Shown in pieces: positions 57,283-64,000 of a DNA stretch of 64,000 nt (position 1 is the first letter of the stretch; each line of letters begins with the position of its first letter). This DNA comes from a virus. Its lineage: Duplodnaviria; Caudoviricetes. The DNA lies in IMG/VR virus record IMGVR_UViG_3300005544_000005, positions 5,204-69,203 of that record; one strand, written 5' to 3'. The notes under the pieces are model-generated. The model saw only the letters and a list, made by a program, of their open reading frames with translations, searched no databases and was not told the DNA's origin. Made by a program: the position numbers and the translations under genes.

Positions 57283-57495
57283 ATGAAGAATACCTATTGC
57301 ACATACTGCGGAAGCGTATATCACCCGACTAGCCACTGCCCTAAGACGTATAACGGCTCAGCTAACAGAGCTCGTCTAAGATGTGCGTATTGCGGCGGCA
57401 CAGATCATAATGCAGACGCTTGCTACCGCTCGCGTCATTTACCTGGCCTAAGCCTCGTCCGTTGTGTGGCCGTCAGAATCGAGTTAGGTACCTAA
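57283..57495 (+). CDS. Twin CCHC zinc-knuckle protein
   Basis: CTYCGSVYHPTSHC and CAYCGGTDHNADAC, both CX2CX4HX4C; GGGAGG SD. Confidence 0.75.
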   Translation: MKNTYCTYCGSVYHPTSHCPKTYNGSANRARLRCAYCGGTDHNADACYRSRHLPGLSLVRCVAVRIELGT

Positions 57496-57600
57496 CTCAG
57501 CCCGAGGAGGACTATAACACAAGCCCAAGCCGGCTGTATCCCGGTAAGTAAGGCGTAAATAGCCACCACCCCGTCCGTCCTCAAAAAGGAGCCCATCTCT

Positions 57601-58008
57601 ATGGCCTTCCCCCTCGAAATCGTCCGCTCTGGGATTGTCCTTGCCAACGGCCTCACCAAAGGGCTACAATGCAAGGTGAAGTTTGAAGCCGTCACGGGAC
57701 AAGGGGCTAACGGCCGGACATACGCCGCGCCCATCTATATAGATGCCGCAGTGGATATGACAACTAAGGAACGGGTGAGACCGGACGGGAAGATATTGAC
57801 TATCGCGGCGACGGTGACGGTTGTGGGAGATATACCGGCTAATGGGACGGTTATCGTGGGTAATCCACGGCGTGAGCCTGTAGATCCACGCGATAGGGTG
57901 ACGTTGCCGAACGGGTTTACCGGGCCTATTATCAGTGCGCCTGGTAGTGTTATCGACCCGGGTACAAATCGCGGATTGATCCATGTGATAGAGCTGGGGG
58001 CGGTATAG
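57601..58008 (+). CDS. Head closure/stopper protein
   Basis: AAGGAG SD; DPRDRVTLPNG; follows adaptor. Confidence 0.7.
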   Translation: MAFPLEIVRSGIVLANGLTKGLQCKVKFEAVTGQGANGRTYAAPIYIDAAVDMTTKERVRPDGKILTIAATVTVVGDIPANGTVIVGNPRREPVDPRDRVTLPNGFTGPIISAPGSVIDPGTNRGLIHVIELGAV

Positions 58009-58045
58009 ATAACTAATCAAAAAGATAAAGAGAGGAGTAGATCAA

Positions 58046-58633
58046 ATGCCATTCACCAGATTCTATAACAAAACTACACTAGTAAAGGATTTGCCGCTTG
58101 ACGACTACGAGGCGATGGTAGATCACTTCTACTTGCGCTATTACGGGTGGTTTTTAGAACCTATTGAGGACTTCCCGCGAACCGGCCATGACGCTTTTGT
58201 AGCATTAATCTCTGTCTGTACGATGGCGGCGCAGATAGGTGGTCTATTATATCCATGTAGTTTATTTGATAGTCCGGAAGATAATCGCACGGCCGAATTC
58301 GCTACGCTACTAGAGCATTGGTTTGGCGATAGTTTTCCGGTATTTGTGATAACCGAACCCTCTGATGCACTCACAGACACCGGACTAGCTGCCAGATTCT
58401 ACAAGAGTGTATTTAACGGTAGCGGTTCTGATCCGTCTGTAGGAATATCCGGTACTGGCGTATTGCATACGCGATCTGATGATGGCGTAGATGTTATCGA
58501 TCCTTGGGTTTTACGTGACAAGGTAAAGGAAGCGTTTGAAGAGTGGTGCTGTACGGCTAAAAAAGCGTATAGTGAGGAGGGTCGTGAGCTGTATATGCAA
58601 GCGTTCCGCACGGCAGCCGGGCTAGACAATTAG
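58046..58633 (+). CDS. Hypothetical helical protein, weakly HEPN-like
   Basis: GAGGAG SD; AT-richer than neighbours. Confidence 0.55.
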   Translation: MPFTRFYNKTTLVKDLPLDDYEAMVDHFYLRYYGWFLEPIEDFPRTGHDAFVALISVCTMAAQIGGLLYPCSLFDSPEDNRTAEFATLLEHWFGDSFPVFVITEPSDALTDTGLAARFYKSVFNGSGSDPSVGISGTGVLHTRSDDGVDVIDPWVLRDKVKEAFEEWCCTAKKAYSEEGRELYMQAFRTAAGLDN

Positions 58634-58688
58634 TCAGACCTAGACAAATAAACCATACTATACTATAAAAGAAAAAGAGGACGAGACC

Positions 58689-61600
58689 ATGAGCGAACTC
58701 AGATATTTAACGGATGCAGAGTTAGAGCAGGCATATTTCGACGAATCAGAGATTTTCGCTGATACACCAGATCGCGGCCTTGTTAAGGGCCGTTTGAAGG
58801 CGATGATGCGGTCCGCTAACGGGGCACCCGCGAAATACACGTTTATATACGGTTACAAGGTGGACACAACCGATGTCGGAGAAAGCCCATACCGTATCGG
58901 TAGATTTATAGGTACTGCGGGATTTTTTCTTAGTGATATACCCGACCAGGCCGCTATCACCCGCCACGACATCGCCGTCGTTATGATCACGACCGACCGT
59001 GTACCGTCGTATTTCGCGCAAACTTGCCAACTACTCCGCGAGTCAGAAGGGCTAGACAGCTTCCTCGATATCGAGCGGTCTGGTGTGGCTATTTCCACGT
59101 TTATAGATTCGAATCATAAGCCGAATCGTAACGCCGCGCAGGCGCTCGGATGGGGGGCCAGTCAGAATCGCAAATGGGTGTTATTCCTAGAAGACGACCT
59201 TCGATTCTGTAATCGATTCATTGACTCTGTGGCGGCGTGGCTATCAAAATATCATAGCGCTTTTGACAACGGTTACGAACGGTACACCGCATCCCCTATT
59301 TACCTTTTTGGTTCTGCGTCCATTGTCGATACTCCTAAATCGAAAGGTATACATACTGTCTACGAAGGATTACCTCACGGTGACGAGTGGGCATCCGTAC
59401 CTATTGAGGGTTTTTACGGTACGCAAGCTTTTGCAATTCTTGCAGAAGACGCAGCGAGTTTAGCTCAACATCTGGCGGCAACCGACGATCCGGTCGGACA
59501 GTATGACTTGTCTATAGCTAAATGGTGTCATGATTGCTATCCACGCGTACAGTATTTCGTCACTTCTATACCCTCTTTCGTCCAACATATCGGTGAAGAG
59601 TCTAGTATTCGTCCGGGTGGACCACATTTTACTTTCCCGTCGTGGCCGGGTGAGAAGTGGAGTTATTTACAACAGGACATAGACGATAAACGCAAAGAAG
59701 CTGTAGAGGGTATATTCGCTGAGGTTGTAAAGGGTGGTGGTAGGTTCGCAGAAATACCAGGCTCCGATAGCGACGGCAATCTCCGACCACAATCGGCTTT
59801 AACTTCCGTCAAACCTTGTAATCTGATTTGCACCCGCTGCGGCAAGCCTATAGACGAAATGGACGTATCTGTGGGAGATCGAAAGGCCGGTAATAACAGT
59901 CCAGGATATAAATTTGCGCACTACGGCTGCTACTTCGCTGATGAAATATCACATCCTTTGCGCGATCCTGCGGTCCGCGCCGCTTACAAACGCGGCGATA
60001 TTCTCGACGGGCAACGCAGAATGTTGTCTTATTTGGAACAGCAAGAGGTGTGCAGTCCAGAAAAGGGCTGCGGTGTGGCCGCCGACGATCATTTCAAAAA
60101 CCCTGACCGTATTTTGGTGTGCGATGCGCCGCCTAAAGCTAATTTCTATAGCGCCGGGCAAGTAGCGAAAGATGCAAAGAAGATGGCCGCTATTATCACA
60201 GACGGTTATGGGCCCGACATAGTGTTAGCGCCGCCGTCTCAAATACCATCGCCAGAGCAATCGTCAGAGGATACCTTAACGATTAAACCCGGTATGCTTA
60301 TCCAGTACAATAATGCCACCGCAGTAGCTATGTCCTCTAGTACGGTACGCACCTGTACTAATCCGATTTGTCAAGACCGCACACCGAGTGACGCAGAAGA
60401 TCTGCCGCCCGAAGTCGCGTACGATGACAACGACGGCAAAGGCGACCTCTCCGCTCCCATCCTCACAACCTCTCGCCGTGTCCGTGCCGAGGACTTCCGC
60501 TCTGACTGGTTACGCCAATTAGCGGCGGAAATGAATGAACCTGTCAGAATGCACAGGAAGTTGTGGGAGTATGCGGCGATTGCAAAAGTTTATCTAGAAA
60601 GAGTGCCGCGCGCTGGATATCGTGCGTTCGACGCAACCGGGTACCTACGTCCACACGTTCTCGGTTTTGGCGTAGGCCGCGACCCCTTAGCTGTATGGTT
60701 TGCCAGTCGCGGCGCCGTTGTCGTCGCCACGGATAAACCCGAAGAGACGACTAGCGATGATTGGAAGTTAACCGGCCAGCACGCGAGCGGGAAAGATCAA
60801 TTGCGACGGTTGAAGAGCACGACGGATGGGGATTGGAAACGTATTACGTATATGCCGTGTGATATGAATGACATCGCTGTCAAATGGGCCGGCGGGGTTG
60901 ACATGTTATATGACCTCACGTGGTCTTGTGGTTCATTCGAGCATATCGGCGGCATTCAAGCATCCATCGACTTCTTCGTCCGTCAAATGGCCTGCCTCAA
61001 GCCTGGCGGCGTAGCTGTCCATACCACGGAGTATTCTACACTTCACACCATGCTTGACTCGCCAGACCTATGCTTACTCCGCTCGTGTGATATCGCTATT
61101 ATCGCTAGAAGACTAGCGGAACAGGGCGACTTACTCCTCCCATTCGACCCCACGCCAGGGAATGAGCCGGCTGATTTCTATATTGATCGGCCGCCGTATC
61201 CGGGCAATCTAGTTACACCGGTAGAGGGGGCTATCCCGGCAAGTGCGAAGCTAGGCGCTATCGGTCCGTGGCATTTATCGATGGAAGTGGGTGGGCATGC
61301 TACGACATCAATTGTGCTGATTGCAATACGTGGTAATGGCGCGCACGACAAACTCACTGACAGCGAAGTCTTACAAACGGCAAACGCTAATCGTGAACTG
61401 AAAAGCTTATTTTTAGCCGGCAAACCTGATAAAACCATTAAGCCATCTATCCTCTTCCTCGGTGATGCTGTAGTATCTAGCGGCTTTGCAAAGTCAACTC
61501 ACTCCGTATGCAACTATCTTTTCTATCATGGTTGGGATGTACGCGTCTGCGGAATGAATTACTATGGGCAACATATGACAGCTGAGGATCATGCGCGTTA

Positions 61601-62720
61601 TCCGTATCCCATTCACCCCGCATTCGACCCCGTCCATGGCCCATCTTCGCCGGATGGCTCTACTCTTCTCCCGCGATTGATCTACGATTACCGCCCCGAT
61701 ATTGTCGTAATCCAACAAGACCCGTGGAATATCCCAACTTACACTCGTGCGATAGATCAGGCGTTCTCAGCTATCGATCGCGCTACCCCTCCCATTGTCG
61801 GCTTCCTAGCTGTGGACGGCGCCAACCAAGCTGGTATGCCATTGAATCGTCTTGCGGCCGTGGCAACATGGACACAATATGGATTATCGGAATTACGCTC
61901 GGGTGGTTATACAGGCCCGGGCTACGTTATTCCGCTCGGCGTCGATACTGAGGTATTCCGGCCGCTCGACCGTCAAGCGGTTCGCCGGAAATTCGCCGAA
62001 TCCGTTCGCGCGATGCCCGGGAAGCTAGCCGACGACATCGACATAGAGACGACATTTATCGTCGGATTCGTAGGGCGGAATCAGCCGCGGAAGAGGATCG
62101 ATTTACTCCTGCAATCATTCTCAGAATGGATTCGCGGCATTCACGGCAACGAACCAGTCGCCAATGCCATGCTCGTCCTACACGTCGGGCCTACCGGCGA
62201 CACGGGATTTGACATTCCATCTCTCGTTAGGTATTGGAAACTTGACGGGCGCACTATTGTCTACACGCCAGAGATCGGTCAGGGCGAGACCGAGGAATGG
62301 CTTTGTGAGCTATATAACACATTCGATCTATTCGCCACGTGTACACAAGGCGAGGGGTTCTGGTTGCCAGGATTTGAGGCAGCAGCGTGTGGCGTGCCGA
62401 TTGTAGCACCGAGGTATTCAGCGATAAGTGAGCTATTCGGCAGATCTGCTATGATGGCCGAGTGTGTGAGTACGATAGCCAGTGCGCCGATCAATGGCGC
62501 TATGTCTACATTAGGCGGATTGGTATCTATTATACACTTCGTCGAAATACTAAATAAGATGTATAGCGCTAGGAGTCTGCGTGACGGGATAGCCGAGAAT
62601 TGTTTGCGATTGTCCAGTGAATATTCTTGGCAATCAACCGGCTGTCATTTCGAGCAGATGTTACGTGCTATACTAGGTTTTTTAGAAACTCTCGATATTG
62701 ACGACGACAACGACAGCTAG
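58689..62720 (+). CDS. GT-A glycosyltransferase / SAM methyltransferase / GT-B glycosyltransferase fusion
   Basis: LFLEDD and VQHIG; HRKLWEY, LGFGVGRD, SFEHIG, LKPGG; VGRNQPRKRID, EGFWLPGFEAAACG. Confidence 0.85.
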   Translation: MSELRYLTDAELEQAYFDESEIFADTPDRGLVKGRLKAMMRSANGAPAKYTFIYGYKVDTTDVGESPYRIGRFIGTAGFFLSDIPDQAAITRHDIAVVMITTDRVPSYFAQTCQLLRESEGLDSFLDIERSGVAISTFIDSNHKPNRNAAQALGWGASQNRKWVLFLEDDLRFCNRFIDSVAAWLSKYHSAFDNGYERYTASPIYLFGSASIVDTPKSKGIHTVYEGLPHGDEWASVPIEGFYGTQAFAILAEDAASLAQHLAATDDPVGQYDLSIAKWCHDCYPRVQYFVTSIPSFVQHIGEESSIRPGGPHFTFPSWPGEKWSYLQQDIDDKRKEAVEGIFAEVVKGGGRFAEIPGSDSDGNLRPQSALTSVKPCNLICTRCGKPIDEMDVSVGDRKAGNNSPGYKFAHYGCYFADEISHPLRDPAVRAAYKRGDILDGQRRMLSYLEQQEVCSPEKGCGVAADDHFKNPDRILVCDAPPKANFYSAGQVAKDAKKMAAIITDGYGPDIVLAPPSQIPSPEQSSEDTLTIKPGMLIQYNNATAVAMSSSTVRTCTNPICQDRTPSDAEDLPPEVAYDDNDGKGDLSAPILTTSRRVRAEDFRSDWLRQLAAEMNEPVRMHRKLWEYAAIAKVYLERVPRAGYRAFDATGYLRPHVLGFGVGRDPLAVWFASRGAVVVATDKPEETTSDDWKLTGQHASGKDQLRRLKSTTDGDWKRITYMPCDMNDIAVKWAGGVDMLYDLTWSCGSFEHIGGIQASIDFFVRQMACLKPGGVAVHTTEYSTLHTMLDSPDLCLLRSCDIAIIARRLAEQGDLLLPFDPTPGNEPADFYIDRPPYPGNLVTPVEGAIPASAKLGAIGPWHLSMEVGGHATTSIVLIAIRGNGAHDKLTDSEVLQTANANRELKSLFLAGKPDKTIKPSILFLGDAVVSSGFAKSTHSVCNYLFYHGWDVRVCGMNYYGQHMTAEDHARYPYPIHPAFDPVHGPSSPDGSTLLPRLIYDYRPDIVVIQQDPWNIPTYTRAIDQAFSAIDRATPPIVGFLAVDGANQAGMPLNRLAAVATWTQYGLSELRSGGYTGPGYVIPLGVDTEVFRPLDRQAVRRKFAESVRAMPGKLADDIDIETTFIVGFVGRNQPRKRIDLLLQSFSEWIRGIHGNEPVANAMLVLHVGPTGDTGFDIPSLVRYWKLDGRTIVYTPEIGQGETEEWLCELYNTFDLFATCTQGEGFWLPGFEAAACGVPIVAPRYSAISELFGRSAMMAECVSTIASAPINGAMSTLGGLVSIIHFVEILNKMYSARSLRDGIAENCLRLSSEYSWQSTGCHFEQMLRAILGFLETLDIDDDNDS

Positions 62721-62740
62721 ACGACACGTATACTCCGGCC

Positions 62741-63148
62741 ATGGCCTACTACCTTGAACTCATAGCCATTCAACGCCCGTTCGCTATCGGTCACGATGAC
62801 GACGGGCGGGCGTTATTCTCTTTCAATCTCCGCGCGATCGGATTCGGAACCAACTCCACTTGGGAGGATGACATCGCCACCTTGATTTCCGGGGCCGGTC
62901 TTGGTACTCTGTGGTCTGACATGTTCATAGGATCATCGGCGGATATTCCATCGGGGTCGGCGAATACCACGCCGTATATAGAGATCATCGGTACCGGTGG
63001 AATGGCTACAAAATTCACAGCCGAAGATAACCAGCTACCCAATTTGAGCGTACAGATCATGGTGCGCGCTGCCGGATACCAGAATGCACAGGTGAAAGCT
63101 AATCAGATATTCGAACTGTTGAACGGAAAAAGGAATTTTCAAGTATAA
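62741..63148 (+). CDS. Tail terminator protein
   Basis: GTGG...PNLSVQIMVRAAGYQNA; precedes tail tube. Confidence 0.75.
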   Translation: MAYYLELIAIQRPFAIGHDDDGRALFSFNLRAIGFGTNSTWEDDIATLISGAGLGTLWSDMFIGSSADIPSGSANTTPYIEIIGTGGMATKFTAEDNQLPNLSVQIMVRAAGYQNAQVKANQIFELLNGKRNFQV

Positions 63149-63282
63149 ACCACGTCACACTACTATATTATACCATGCCGCGCCATACCACACCACGACC
63201 ATACCACATTATCCTTATCGAAAGGAGACTACCCCATGACCTCGCCTTGACCTCTCCGTTATCGAAATAAGGAGCCCCTGCC

Positions 63283-63777
63283 ATGCCCGTCACCCCTCAC
63301 GGCCCACAAGCCGGCCACGGCGTTGTAATGTCGCTCGAATTAGACCCGGTCGGCGCCCCGGGCGTATTCACTCGTCTCGCCAATATAACCTCCGGCATCG
63401 ACCTCCCCAAACATGACCGGCGTGAAGCTGAGATAACAGCCCACGACAATACCATCGATGATTGGATGCTGTCGGTTCCGATGCGGGACGTACTAACCGT
63501 TACGGCGGCGTTTTGTTTCGACAACCCCAGCCACGACCACGTAACGGGCGCAATCAAGCTTTATTATTGGGGCGGAACCTTCGGTGTCAAGTTCGACGGC
63601 CCGGCATATCCTAACGGCGATTCCTCTGGATTCTATATGGCCAGTGGACAGTTGAAAACATATCAGATCAAACAGCCCAACCTTCAGGGTGAGCGCCAGT
63701 TAGACCTCACCTTCCGTTTCCGTGGACCGGAGATCATTTCCGCGCCGGCCACCGGTGCCGTTCGTTACGGTACGTAA
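63283..63777 (+). CDS. Tail tube (major tail) protein
   Basis: AAGGAG SD; DLPKHDRREAEITAHD; position. Confidence 0.75.
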   Translation: MPVTPHGPQAGHGVVMSLELDPVGAPGVFTRLANITSGIDLPKHDRREAEITAHDNTIDDWMLSVPMRDVLTVTAAFCFDNPSHDHVTGAIKLYYWGGTFGVKFDGPAYPNGDSSGFYMASGQLKTYQIKQPNLQGERQLDLTFRFRGPEIISAPATGAVRYGT

Positions 63778-63845
63778 AACGCTAAGATATAACGACAGTA
63801 CCGATAAGGACACTAACTTAGACGATAACAGAGGAGACTATCACC

Positions 63846-64000
63846 ATGTCACCAAACCTCACTGCCGCCCTACTCGCAGAGCGCGCCAAGCGCGTTACCG
63901 CCGTCGATATCCCGGAGATCAACGCAACCGTCCACGTACGTAAGCCGTCGTATAACGAGGGTCGGGACTATGCTAGAAAAAGCACAGCTGTGACGATGGC
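63846..64000 (+). CDS. Tail assembly chaperone (3' truncated)
   Basis: AGGAG SD; AVDIPEINATVHVRKPS; follows tail tube. Confidence 0.6.
   Translation, partial: MSPNLTAALLAERAKRVTAVDIPEINATVHVRKPSYNEGRDYARKSTAVTM

Noticed and set aside
1-64000. TAG stop-codon recoding suggested by TAG abundance
   Set aside because: Long genes are intact in code 11, and TAG ends credible genes (42802, 54618, 58008, 62720)
1-64000. Integrase or prophage boundaries
   Set aside because: No tyrosine or serine recombinase motifs, att-like tRNA ends or host housekeeping genes recognised

Overview
The window is almost entirely a tailed dsDNA bacteriophage (siphovirus-like gene set), apparently most of one circularly permuted genome: it opens inside the tape measure gene and ends at the probable tail assembly chaperone that normally precedes it. 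Layout: tail and putative lysis genes (1-13.1 kb); replication, recombination and nucleotide genes (14-32 kb: DinG-like helicase, PD-(D/E)xK nuclease, AAA ATPase, ERCC4 nuclease, split UDG-exonuclease/PolA, ThyX); small early-type genes behind repeated sigma70-like promoters (32-44 kb); an inverted block with TerL (44-49.3 kb); and a head-neck-tail operon (49.5-64 kb). I recognised no integrase, tRNA, rRNA or CRISPR array. Most unusual: a stand-alone ethylene-receptor-type membrane domain in the putative lysis cassette; a portal fused to a P-loop kinase-like domain; a 1343-aa glycosyltransferase-methyltransferase-glycosyltransferase fusion among neck genes; a twin CCHC zinc-knuckle protein; an apparently inactive lysozyme; a secreted Cys-rich miniprotein beside a LexA remnant; helically phased repeats upstream of the portal; and a C-rich-start, G-rich-end gradient within genes. 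All protein calls come from motifs recognised by eye, not database searches.
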